64,000 nt of DNA from assembly GCA_039808985.1 (NCBI GenBank), contig JBDHUC010000008.1:79-64078 (forward strand). Reading direction: 5' to 3'. A program made the translations under genes and the position numbers. Below, piece by piece: positions 32,048-41,232 of this stretch (positions are counted from its first letter, which is position 1; every line of letters starts with the position of its first letter). The notes under the pieces are model-generated. The model did no database searches. It was not told the origin of the DNA and saw nothing but the letters and a program-made list of their open reading frames with translations. Origin of the DNA: Alphaproteobacteria bacterium. GTDB taxonomy: Bacteria > Pseudomonadota > Alphaproteobacteria > Rickettsiales > SXRF01.

Positions 32048-33541
32048 TTAATCCACCATAAAGCCGGTTGGCCCCTCTAATTGAGGAACTTTCGCAGAAT
32101 GTTCATCAGTTGTAATCGCACCTAACGCTCCGTAGAAGAACATTTCCATCTGGCTCGCCGGACGGAAATCATCAGTAGGAGCTTTAACTTCCGAAGCCTT
32201 AAGCGGGTCAACAATATAAGGGGTTACTGTAATAACCAGCTCAGATTCATTACGCTGGAACTCAGTGCTCCTAAATAACGCACCTAAAACCGGAAGCTCT
32301 TTAAGGCCTGGAAGCTGGTCGATACTGGCTTTGGTATTATCCTTGATCAACCCAGCTATCATGAAGCTTTCGCCTGGGGCAAGCTCAACTGTCGTCCTTG
32401 CACGGCGGGTAGTGATACTTGGGATGGTAAAGCCACTCATAACCACAGAGTTAGCAGTAGAGATTTCTGAAACCTCAGGCTGGACCAACATACGGATGCG
32501 GTTTTCCGACAAGACGTCAGGGGTAAACTTCACTGAAACCCCAAAAGGTTTATATTCAACCGTTGCGCTGCTAGCTGCTCCAGTTGTGGCAACGCTAGGT
32601 GTAACCACTGGAATTTCACCTCCCGCCAGGAAATCCGCCTGCTCGCCGGAAACAGCAACCAGATTAGGCTCAGCAAGGGTTTTGATCAGGCCATCACGCT
32701 CAAGTGCGTTGATAACAGCGCCTACGCGATGATTGCTATTGCTGGACCAGGAAAAGCCCGATGTACCACGAAAATCATCAGGACTAGGAAGGGTATTCGG
32801 GCCTGCGGCACCAACAGCAAGGCCGGATATAGCACTTCCTAAGGCACCATTCATGCCAAAATTACCACCACTAAGCACGAAAGACGGGTCAACCCCCAAA
32901 CGCTTCAAAGCGTCACGGTTAACTTCAGATACGCGCACACGCAGCATAACCTGCTGCCCTGAAACCAACTTCATCATATTCAGGATTTTAGGATATGGGT
33001 TAAACTCAACCCCAACACCAGCTTTTGCCATGGACATTGCTTCCGCGCGTGATTCCCCAGCAGCATTACCCAGATATTCCTGTGTAACTTTCAGCGCCCG
33101 GTCAATAGAACTGTTATTATGCACCTGCCCGGTAAGGGCAACGCTGGTATTTACCATTTCAACACCGATGGTTTCATCAGGTATCAGGTTTTTAAGCGCC
33201 CTGCGTATAGCCGGGAGATCATAGCCAACGCTTACATCAAGCGTCTTTACAAGCTTTCCAGCGCTATCAAAAATACGGACATTGGTAGAACCTACATTTT
33301 TACCGATGAAGGTCAGGTTCTTAGCGCTATTTACATGCACATCAGCAATATCAGGATTTGCAATAACTATTTCCTTTACTGCATCCGGCATCTCAACAAG
33401 CGATGAACGGTTTACAGGCAAAAAAAGGCCAGAAATTGCAGGATTTGCAGATGCCGTGGGCACATATGCTGCAAAAGATGATAACGCACATGCGCATAAG
33501 CACATATATTTCATTCTGAAGCGATTTTTAAAAAATACCAT
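32048..33541 (-). CDS. cpaC: Tad pilus outer-membrane secretin CpaC/RcpA
   Basis: 497-aa ORF with a signal peptide, a BON-like N-region and a secretin C-domain (LAEPNLVAVSGEQADFLAGGEIPV ... GLKELPVLGALFRS). Confidence 0.85.
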   Translation of the reverse strand: MVFFKNRFRMKYMCLCACALSSFAAYVPTASANPAISGLFLPVNRSSLVEMPDAVKEIVIANPDIADVHVNSAKNLTFIGKNVGSTNVRIFDSAGKLVKTLDVSVGYDLPAIRRALKNLIPDETIGVEMVNTSVALTGQVHNNSSIDRALKVTQEYLGNAAGESRAEAMSMAKAGVGVEFNPYPKILNMMKLVSGQQVMLRVRVSEVNRDALKRLGVDPSFVLSGGNFGMNGALGSAISGLAVGAAGPNTLPSPDDFRGTSGFSWSSNSNHRVGAVINALERDGLIKTLAEPNLVAVSGEQADFLAGGEIPVVTPSVATTGAASSATVEYKPFGVSVKFTPDVLSENRIRMLVQPEVSEISTANSVVMSGFTIPSITTRRARTTVELAPGESFMIAGLIKDNTKASIDQLPGLKELPVLGALFRSTEFQRNESELVITVTPYIVDPLKASEVKAPTDDFRPASQMEMFFYGALGAITTDEHSAKVPQLEGPTGFMVD

Positions 33542-33577
33542 GTCAATCCTATTTATAATATTATTTGCCTATCAGCA

Positions 33578-34549
33578 TTACTTGTTAGTATTATTAATAC
33601 GAGTATTAATCCTGTTATCCATCGGGGTATCAGCACGCACGGTAGGAGGAACCGCAGCAGGAGGGGTACCGATAGCATCACCGCCAGCATCAGAAGCACC
33701 ACGCATATCGCCACCCAAAGCACTCGATACAGTTATTTTTCCACCAACACTTCCCGGGCCACGAATTACCATAAGCTCTGAAGAATGGGAAAGATCGCCA
33801 AGATTTGAAGGATCAACCGAATTAGCGTTATCATCATGGATAGAGCGCAGAGAGAAAGAAAGCGTGCCATTTTTCTCAGCAAGGCGGATTAACTGCGCCA
33901 TAGGCTCGGTAACTTCAAGGGTAAGACTGCTTGGGGCGACAGGCGCCGGCTTGGAAGGATCACCTTCACGCAAGTTCACCGCCAGAACACGCACATTGGC
34001 ACCAAGGACCTCGGTAACTTCCGGCTTTCCAGCCGCACGGGCCGCCGATACATTGCCAGCGCCGTTTATAGAAGAATCGTGGGTATAGAGAAGATCAACC
34101 CTATCACCCGGGAATATGAAACCAGCTATACCGGTTACCACATCGGTAGCAACAGTTATAGCGCGCATACCAGGAGGGAGCCCGGCAGCCAGGAACCCAG
34201 GGTCATTAGGATTGGCAAGCTTGCTTTTCATGAAGGGTTCATGCGCATTAATCGCTGAGCGCGCCACCGTCCCTATAATATCCTGGCCACCTTTGTCACC
34301 AAGAACAAAATTATCCATAACCAGGTTTTCCGGCCAAGGCTGCTTGTCAATCATAGAGCTGGTGATGATGGTTCCGACAGGGATGTTATTCCTTGCCATC
34401 AACACATCAATCGTTTTAACATTGATTTCCTTTGAAGGGGCTTCAGCCTGACCAACAACGGCAGGCGTTGAAGAATCGGTTATACGGAATGCCACAACAG
34501 AGGCAACAAGCGCAAGAACCGCAATGATACTGAAAAATATAAATTTCAT
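33578..34549 (-). CDS. cpaB: Flp pilus assembly protein CpaB/RcpC
   Basis: 323-aa ORF with an N-terminal TM anchor, a SAF-like segment (IDVLMARNNIPVGTIITSSMI) and an RcpC-like core. It has an unusual Gly/Ala/Pro-rich C-terminal tail. Confidence 0.8.
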   Translation of the reverse strand: MKFIFFSIIAVLALVASVVAFRITDSSTPAVVGQAEAPSKEINVKTIDVLMARNNIPVGTIITSSMIDKQPWPENLVMDNFVLGDKGGQDIIGTVARSAINAHEPFMKSKLANPNDPGFLAAGLPPGMRAITVATDVVTGIAGFIFPGDRVDLLYTHDSSINGAGNVSAARAAGKPEVTEVLGANVRVLAVNLREGDPSKPAPVAPSSLTLEVTEPMAQLIRLAEKNGTLSFSLRSIHDDNANSVDPSNLGDLSHSSELMVIRGPGSVGGKITVSSALGGDMRGASDAGGDAIGTPPAAVPPTVRADTPMDNRINTRINNTNK

Positions 34550-34572
34550 CTAAATCTTTGCCTCTAAGTAGT

Positions 34573-34590
34573 ATCTTAATGTATTAAGAT
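34573..34590. promoter_or_regulatory. perfect palindrome upstream of cpaB
   Basis: ATCTTAAT-GT-ATTAAGAT lies 24-41 nt upstream of the cpaB ATG (34549). The 2-nt centre is too short for an RNA hairpin loop, so a dimeric-protein operator is more likely. Confidence 0.3.
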
Positions 34591-34654
34591 TTATAAATAA
34601 CGTTAATCATTAGAAACACATCCGCACGCAACTGTAAACAGGAATTTTTATCAT

Positions 34655-36478
34655 TTATGCTGTTTTCTTGGCCCTTGTGGCTTTTTTGCGCTCATTAGAA
34701 TCCAGGGCAATCTTTCTCAGCCTCAGGGATTTAGGCGTAACCTCAACCAACTCATCGTATTCTATATAGGAAATCATCTGCTCCAGCGTCATTTTAAGCG
34801 GAGGAACCAGCCTTATAGCCTCGTCTTTACTGGTAGTACGTATATTGGTTAACTGCTTGTTTTTTATCAAATTTATTTCCAGGTCATTATCACGGCTATG
34901 CTCGCCCACAATCATCCCTTCATAAATTTTCGCGCCCGGATCAATAAACATTATGCCCCTGTCCTGTAAATTCCAGATGGCATATGGCACTGCCTCGCCA
35001 TTTTCCATGGAAATCAGAGCGCCATTGCGACGGCCAGCTATATCGCCCTTATATGGGGCATATGAATGGAACAGGCGGTTCATCATGCCGGTTCCTCGGG
35101 TATCGGTCAAAAACTCGCCCTGATAACCAATAAGCCCACGCGATGGCACAAGGAAAATAATACGGGTTTTGCCGCCTCCTGATGGACGCATATCAGTCAT
35201 TTCGCCCTTACGCAGGGAAATTTTTTCAACAACCACGCCGGTATGCTCTTCATCAACATCGATAACCACTTCTTCGATTGGCTCCATTTTAACGCCGGAT
35301 TCATCTTCACGGAACAGAACACGCGGACGCGACACAGAAAGCTCAAAACCTTCGCGGCGCATGGTTTCTATCAAAACGCCAAGCTGCAATTCGCCACGCC
35401 CGGCAACTTCAAACGCATCCTTTGCATCAGTTTCCTTTACACGTATCGCAACATTGCCCTCCGCCTCGCGCAGCAGGCGTTCGCGTATCATACGGCTGGT
35501 AACTTTGCTTCCTTCCTGCCCGGCAAGCGGGGAATCATTAACCGACAAGGTAATCGCCATGGTCGGCGGGTCAATCGGGGTGGAAGGAACCGGGCTGGAA
35601 AGAGTCAAATCACCTATAGTATCAGCAACCGAAGTATTCGCCAGACCAGCTATCGCCACTATATCGCCAGCCTGCGCCTCTTCAACCGGCACACGCTTGA
35701 TGCCATCGAAAGAAAGCAGCTTGGTAAGGCGGCCCTGCTCAAGTATGTTGCCATTAATATCCATTGACCGGATCGGCATTCCGACTTTAGCGGTACCGCT
35801 ATATATGCGGCCAGTCAGGATGCGCCCCAGGAACGAATCATACTCCAGGATAGACACAAGCATCGCAAAATCAGCATCCGAATCAACATCCGGGGCAGGA
35901 ACATGGTTAGCTATGCAGGTAAATAGCGGCGACAAATCCTTGCGCTCGGCAGTCAGGCTTTCAGCCGCCCAGCCATCGCGGCCAGAAGCGTAAAAAGTTG
36001 GGAAATCGAGCTGTTCTTCGGAAGCATCAAGCGCCGCAAAAAGGTCGAATACTTCGTTTACAACCTGTTCCGGACGGGCATCGCCACGATCCACTTTATT
36101 GATAACCACAATTGGTTTTAAGCCAAGCTTCAATGCCTTGGTAAGGACAAACTTGGTTTGCGGCAACGCGCCTTCGGCAGCGTCAACCAGCAATATCACA
36201 CCGTCAACCATGCTTAACACGCGCTCAACCTCACCCCCGAAATCAGCATGGCCTGGGGTATCTATGATGTTAATGCGTAAATTTCCGCGCACCACCGAAG
36301 TGCATTTTGCAAGAATGGTAATGCCGCGCTCTTTTTCAAGGTCATTAGAATCCATAACGCGCTCAGCCACCGACTGGTTGGCACGGAAGCTGCCGCTTTG
36401 GCGCAACATCTGGTCAATCAGGGTTGTTTTGCCATGATCCACGTGGGCAATAATGGCAACGTTACGAATATCTTTCAT
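34655..36478 (-). CDS. typA: translational GTPase TypA/BipA
   Basis: 607-aa ORF with IRNVAIIAHVDHGKTTL, DTPGHADFGGEV and NKVD. Confidence 0.95.
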   Translation of the reverse strand: MKDIRNVAIIAHVDHGKTTLIDQMLRQSGSFRANQSVAERVMDSNDLEKERGITILAKCTSVVRGNLRINIIDTPGHADFGGEVERVLSMVDGVILLVDAAEGALPQTKFVLTKALKLGLKPIVVINKVDRGDARPEQVVNEVFDLFAALDASEEQLDFPTFYASGRDGWAAESLTAERKDLSPLFTCIANHVPAPDVDSDADFAMLVSILEYDSFLGRILTGRIYSGTAKVGMPIRSMDINGNILEQGRLTKLLSFDGIKRVPVEEAQAGDIVAIAGLANTSVADTIGDLTLSSPVPSTPIDPPTMAITLSVNDSPLAGQEGSKVTSRMIRERLLREAEGNVAIRVKETDAKDAFEVAGRGELQLGVLIETMRREGFELSVSRPRVLFREDESGVKMEPIEEVVIDVDEEHTGVVVEKISLRKGEMTDMRPSGGGKTRIIFLVPSRGLIGYQGEFLTDTRGTGMMNRLFHSYAPYKGDIAGRRNGALISMENGEAVPYAIWNLQDRGIMFIDPGAKIYEGMIVGEHSRDNDLEINLIKNKQLTNIRTTSKDEAIRLVPPLKMTLEQMISYIEYDELVEVTPKSLRLRKIALDSNERKKATRAKKTA

Positions 36479-36670
36479 GAATTCATTTCCTTAAAAAAAT
36501 TATAGCCAGCCTAAGCACTGCCGGGCTGACTCCATTATATCTGTTATATATTAAAAATTACCCTGATAAAAAATTACTCTGAGGTGCGTTCGAAAAAACA
36601 GCCATAGACTGAATCTCTATTTTGCGGCTATTCCTCGCACGCACATTCTCAGGATAAAAGCCTTAAAAGA

Positions 36671-36874
36671 CTAAAGCAGCTTCAAATTAACCGCAGAGGT
36701 TTTGCCCTTGCTGTTTTCCAGTTCATACTGAATTTTCTGGTTATCATCAAGAGTATGCAGACCGGCTGCCTGAAGAGCAGAAATATGCACGAACACATCG
36801 CTTCCACCATCATCAGGTTTAATAAAACCGAAAGATTTATTTGGATTAAACCATTTAACAACACCTGTAGCCAT
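36671..36874 (-). CDS. cspA: cold-shock protein (CspA family)
   Basis: 67-aa ORF with RNP motifs KWFNPNKSFGFI and VFVHIS. Intergenic regions of about 190 nt lie on both sides, consistent with a long 5' UTR. Confidence 0.9.
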   Translation of the reverse strand: MATGVVKWFNPNKSFGFIKPDDGGSDVFVHISALQAAGLHTLDDNQKIQYELENSKGKTSAVNLKLL

Positions 36875-37065
36875 AACACTATTATCCTTAACTAACTAAT
36901 AACACCCATTCATAAAAATTTAGGAAATGGGTTTTGCAAAACTGCGGCGCCACCATGGCATCGCCAGCGCGTCTATTAACCTAATTCCGGTGTTTATGCA
37001 AGCCCGATTATAATATCAGGCAGTGAATAGCGAATATCCCTTATAATTAAACGGGTAAAGCACCG

Positions 37066-37845
37066 CTAATATGTGAATTGCTCTTTTATGATACGCTCAG
37101 CAAGGTTATATTCGGGGTCAAACAACAATGTTACCCCGGATTTACGCTGTTCGCTTATAATCACCTCGCCCACATCCTTTATCTCGGTAAAATCAGCAAC
37201 AGCCGCAACCGGGCGCTTTTTAGCCTCCAGAATACTGAATATAATGCTCGAATCATGGGCAAGCAATGCCCCTCCCCAGCGCCTTGGGCGGAAAGGAACC
37301 AGCGGCGTAAGCGCTATTACGTTGGAGCCAAGGGGGATTATGGGGCCACCGGCGGAAAAATTATAGGCGGTGCTTCCAGCAGGGGTTGAGATCATAACAC
37401 CATCGCAGATAAGCTCATTCAGGCGCACCACATGGTCAATCGCCACGCGTATTTTTGCCGCCTGCCTGCCCTGCCTGAACAAGGAAACCTCGTTAAATGC
37501 AAGCGCCTGGACTATCTTGCCATTAAGGCAGCGCGCATACATATGCAATGGATAAAGGACTGTGCTGCGCGCATGCTTTATGCGATATTCAAGATTTTCA
37601 AGTACCGCTTCATTCATCAGGAAGCCGACAGTACCGCAATTAATGCCATAAAACGGCAATTTCATTTTCATGTAGGCATGCAGGGTTTGCAGCATAAAAC
37701 CATCGCCACCAAGGACAACAATAGCCTCGGCGCCCGTGCGCCTTTTGCTGATTTCCACTACATCGTAAGCTTTCTTTATTTCCTTAAAAGCGGCCTGAGC
37801 TTTGGGCGAATTATCGGCAACACAGGCGATCTTGATCTTTTTCAT
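37066..37845 (-). CDS. nadK: NAD kinase
   Basis: 259-aa ORF with the GGDGFML motif and STPAGSTAYNFSAGGPI. Confidence 0.9.
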   Translation of the reverse strand: MKKIKIACVADNSPKAQAAFKEIKKAYDVVEISKRRTGAEAIVVLGGDGFMLQTLHAYMKMKLPFYGINCGTVGFLMNEAVLENLEYRIKHARSTVLYPLHMYARCLNGKIVQALAFNEVSLFRQGRQAAKIRVAIDHVVRLNELICDGVMISTPAGSTAYNFSAGGPIIPLGSNVIALTPLVPFRPRRWGGALLAHDSSIIFSILEAKKRPVAAVADFTEIKDVGEVIISEQRKSGVTLLFDPEYNLAERIIKEQFTY

Positions 37846-37877
37846 AATTGCACCATTAAATATTATTGCGCTGACTA

Positions 37878-39020
37878 TTATTGCGCAACACGGCGCACTA
37901 ATGCAATAATATAAGAAAGATTTTCTACAGGGGTTTCCTCGGAATACTGCAAAATACGCTCGACAATACGGTTGGAATATTGCGGGGAGCTATTGCTTAA
38001 GCCCTCGCTATCAAGCTCACGCACTATCCGAAGCAATAGTTTTACAGCCGGGAACATGGCATCAGGCAGTCCTGATTTATTATAAATAGCCCTGAAACCC
38101 AGCTCGCCGCGGTCTGCGATAAGCTTGCGCGCATTTTCAACATGGATATTGGAAAGCAGGGCAAGGGAGGACTCGAAAAAATCAAAATTCCCCTGGCATA
38201 GAGCACTTAATATCATGGATGGGCTTAGGCGGTCGGCATCGCGCAGATGGTTAATTAACGCACCAACATCATCATGCGAATGGGCATTGCGTACCAGGTT
38301 CAGCGTTTCCGATTCGCGGTTTTTCTCAATCTCTTTCTGTATAGACTCATCAGGAAGCTGGTATTTTTTCTTAAGTGATTCGCCAATATTAGCAGAAACG
38401 ACATTAACCAGTTTTTCGACCGAACTCATAGGGAGGCGCGGCCTATTAGTTATAGCCTCCATTAAAAAGGCATTTTCCTTATGGGTTTCTATAATCTTGG
38501 TAAAGATATTCTCGGAGATGGATGCGCCTTTATTATTTAGCAGCGAGCCAAGCACCTCCTCATTGCCGCGATGGGCCAGCGTATCAGACACCACCTCAGA
38601 CAGGGTTTCACGCTTTGAGATCGCAAGGAACCTTGAATTTTCCTTGGTCGCATACATAATATCCAGCAGATCGGTATCGCTTAGGACCTGGGAATATTCA
38701 AGGATCGGAAGCGCCACTTCATTTACGTCATTAACCATGGACATAACTATATCCTTGGGGATAAGAGCGCTTTCCTTGAGATTCTGCGCAAGTGATGAGC
38801 GAACTTTTATTTCAGTATCACGAACCAGCAGGCGGAATATCTGCTCTGCTATTTTACGCTCTTCATCATTCAACAATACTTTACTGTAGGAGGCCGCTAT
38901 CCTTCCGGTTATATCAGCCCTGGTATCCGAGGTCTTATCCTCAATAAGACCACGCACCTCCTCTTCCGTAAGTATAATTGGTATATTTATAGGACCAGAA
39001 AAACCCCCGGATACATTCAT
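37878..39020 (-). CDS. DUF2336-family protein (helical repeat, function unknown), copy 2
   Basis: About 380 aa from the ATG at 39020 (MNVSGGF). It shares with the upstream gene the conserved C-terminal block ILSALCQGNFDFFESSLALLSNIHVENARKLIADRGELGFRAIYNKSGLP and an all-helical repeat composition. The ORF-track start at 39071 would overlap the upstream gene. Confidence 0.6.
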   Translation of the reverse strand: MNVSGGFSGPINIPIILTEEEVRGLIEDKTSDTRADITGRIAASYSKVLLNDEERKIAEQIFRLLVRDTEIKVRSSLAQNLKESALIPKDIVMSMVNDVNEVALPILEYSQVLSDTDLLDIMYATKENSRFLAISKRETLSEVVSDTLAHRGNEEVLGSLLNNKGASISENIFTKIIETHKENAFLMEAITNRPRLPMSSVEKLVNVVSANIGESLKKKYQLPDESIQKEIEKNRESETLNLVRNAHSHDDVGALINHLRDADRLSPSMILSALCQGNFDFFESSLALLSNIHVENARKLIADRGELGFRAIYNKSGLPDAMFPAVKLLLRIVRELDSEGLSNSSPQYSNRIVERILQYSEETPVENLSYIIALVRRVAQ

Positions 39021-39024
39021 AATG

Positions 39025-40161
39025 CTAATGAACCGAATATTTAGTGTTGCTACCGGATATTTTACCATCAATTATAGAAAGCAGATAACTCATACCGTCT
39101 ACTGAACGGTGGTACCCGCCAACATATATATACTCAATAAGTTTCTTGCGGAAATCATCAGGCTTTTTATAGCCATATTGAGTCAATATATTTGATATGC
39201 TCAATATCTTCTCAACAGACTCACAAAAACCTTCCGGCATATTGGCTGCCTTATACAAGGCGCGGAATCCCTCCGGCCCTCCCAGCATAAGTATCCTGGC
39301 GTTAGTGCGCGGTATCTCCGCCATACATGCAAGGCTCGCTTCGAAAAGATTTAAAAACCCCATACACAGTGCGCGTATAACCAAAGAATAAGTGAGCCTG
39401 CCGGTAGCCCTTAGCTGCTCAACCAGATCTTCAACACGTTCATCAATATCAGGGTGCGATATGTCATTTACCGGCATTATACCAAGCAGCTCCCACTCCC
39501 TGGCGTCTATTACAACCTTCTGCAGGGCCGCAGGAACTATTTTATATTCCTGGGCAATGTGGTTTTTCAGCTCATCAGACACAACAGCGAATATTTTTTC
39601 GGCGATGGTTAGAGGCAAATTACCCCTCTTGGCCAGCACTTCCAGCAGCGAGGTATTTGAGGCTATCATTCCCCAGCTTTTTTCCAGGTCGCCTTCGTTT
39701 ATTTTTGCCCCTTTGTTATTAAACAGGTCTTTCAGTACTATTTCCTGCCTGGTATCTATCAAGGCGCCGGACAAGCGCTCGGTAATATTGTCGCGGCTGG
39801 CTATAGCGCATAAATTAAGGACATCCTTGGTGCTTTCGACAATTGATACCAGATCATCATCGGTAAGAACCAGGGAGTAGCGCAGCACCCGTTCTGCAAT
39901 ATCAGTTTCATCAGAGGCGAGCTTTAAGATAACGTCATGCGGGGCGTCAGGGTTATTACAAAGATTCTCGGCAAGGGTTTTGCGTATTGATTTTTCGGCA
40001 TCTTTAAGAAGAAGGCGAAAAATATCGGCAGCAATCGCCGATTCACTAAAATTAAAACTTCCTGAATTAAAGGCAAGGACAACCTTCGATGCCAACGTAT
40101 CAAGCGCTACGTTCGAAGGATTTTGTATTAACTGGTGTACGTCCATAGATGTCAACTGCAT
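39025..40161 (-). CDS. DUF2336-family protein (helical repeat, function unknown), copy 1
   Basis: The conserved block VIRALCMGFLNLFEASLACMAEIPRTNARILMLGGPEGFRALYKAANMP is paralogous to copy 2. The ORF-track start at 40170 is TTG; the first ATG is at 40161. Confidence 0.6.
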   Translation of the reverse strand: MQLTSMDVHQLIQNPSNVALDTLASKVVLAFNSGSFNFSESAIAADIFRLLLKDAEKSIRKTLAENLCNNPDAPHDVILKLASDETDIAERVLRYSLVLTDDDLVSIVESTKDVLNLCAIASRDNITERLSGALIDTRQEIVLKDLFNNKGAKINEGDLEKSWGMIASNTSLLEVLAKRGNLPLTIAEKIFAVVSDELKNHIAQEYKIVPAALQKVVIDAREWELLGIMPVNDISHPDIDERVEDLVEQLRATGRLTYSLVIRALCMGFLNLFEASLACMAEIPRTNARILMLGGPEGFRALYKAANMPEGFCESVEKILSISNILTQYGYKKPDDFRKKLIEYIYVGGYHRSVDGMSYLLSIIDGKISGSNTKYSVH

Positions 40162-40530
40162 TTCAGGCAACCAAAAGTTTAAAGGCAGAGGAATTTCTTG
40201 AGTTGAAGATAGCTAAAAATTTTCGCTATTGCAATAGAGAAGCTCCCCTATTTATCCCATAATTACATATTGTAAATTATCAAATATTTTTTATATTTAA
40301 CCTCATACCTGCTACAAACATAATTTATAAAGCATTGCTAAATATATTTATTAATTATCGTTAAATAAACTGTTAATTGGTTTTCTCTATATACCTACAT
40401 TAAAACACATAATTAGTAAATTTTTAGTTAAAATTTTATTAAATTGTGCGTTTACCTATCATTAACTGCTTTCTGTTAAAACTACAATCGGCCTACCATA
40501 ACCCTATCTTCTTTTTACAGGATTAAGCCT

Positions 40531-41229
40531 ATGAATAAAACATACAAAAATGCTGATTCAGCCCTTGAAGGGCTGTTGTTTGATGGTATGACCATAATGT
40601 CAGGCGGTTTTGGCTTGTGCGGCATACCCGAGCATTGCATCCGTGCGCTTGCTGATTCGGGGGTAAAAAACCTTACATGGATCGCGAATAATTGCGGGGT
40701 AGACGATTTTGGCAGCGGTATTCTGCTCCATAGCCACCAGATAAAAAAAATGATCGCGTCATATGTCGGAGAAAATAAGACCTTTGAAAAACAATTCCTC
40801 TCCGGCGAGCTTGAAGTCGAATTCAATCCCCAGGGGACACTAGCTGAACGCATCCGCGCAGGCGGGGCAGGCATCCCGGCTTTCTATACAAAAACCGGCG
40901 TAGGGACCGTAATTTCAGAAGGCAAAGAAACCAAGGAATTTGATGGCCAGACCTATGTAATGGAAAAGGGGCTTAGAGCAGATCTCGCGATTGTAAAAGC
41001 CTGGAAGGGCGATACGGAAGGAAATCTTATTTATCGGAAAACAGCGCGCAATTTCAACCCCATCATGGCAAGCGCAGGAAAAATCACAATTGCAGAGGTT
41101 GAAGAGCTGGTTGAGCCGGGGGAGCTGGAAATAGAGATGATACATACACCAGGAATTTTTGTGCAGCGTATTTTCAAAGGAACTAATTTTGAAAAACGAA
41201 TTGAATTCGCAACAACAAGGGAGGCATAG
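40531..41229 (+). CDS. scoA: 3-oxoacid CoA-transferase subunit A
   Basis: 232-aa ORF with MSGGFGLCGIPE and SYVGENK motifs. The B subunit gene follows 3 nt later. Confidence 0.85.
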   Translation: MNKTYKNADSALEGLLFDGMTIMSGGFGLCGIPEHCIRALADSGVKNLTWIANNCGVDDFGSGILLHSHQIKKMIASYVGENKTFEKQFLSGELEVEFNPQGTLAERIRAGGAGIPAFYTKTGVGTVISEGKETKEFDGQTYVMEKGLRADLAIVKAWKGDTEGNLIYRKTARNFNPIMASAGKITIAEVEELVEPGELEIEMIHTPGIFVQRIFKGTNFEKRIEFATTREA

Positions 41230-41232
41230 CAT

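Noticed and set aside
33282-34088. 268-aa plus-strand ORF spanning the cpaC/cpaB junction.
   Set aside because: It runs antisense across two well-supported Tad genes and their intergenic spacer, and its product is low-complexity.
35169-35993. 274-aa plus-strand ORF inside typA.
   Set aside because: It is antisense to a highly conserved GTPase gene, and its product is Ser/Arg/Pro-rich with no motifs.
36581-36600. GGTGCGTTCGAAA resembling a tRNA T-arm, in the spacer between typA and cspA.
   Set aside because: No matching acceptor stem, D-arm or anticodon arm can be drawn around it. I found no tRNA, rRNA, tmRNA or RNase P-like sequences in the window.
39021-39071. ORF-track N-terminal extension of the second DUF2336 gene.
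   Set aside because: It would overlap the upstream paralogue by 47 nt. The ATG at 39020 lies 4 nt after the upstream stop.
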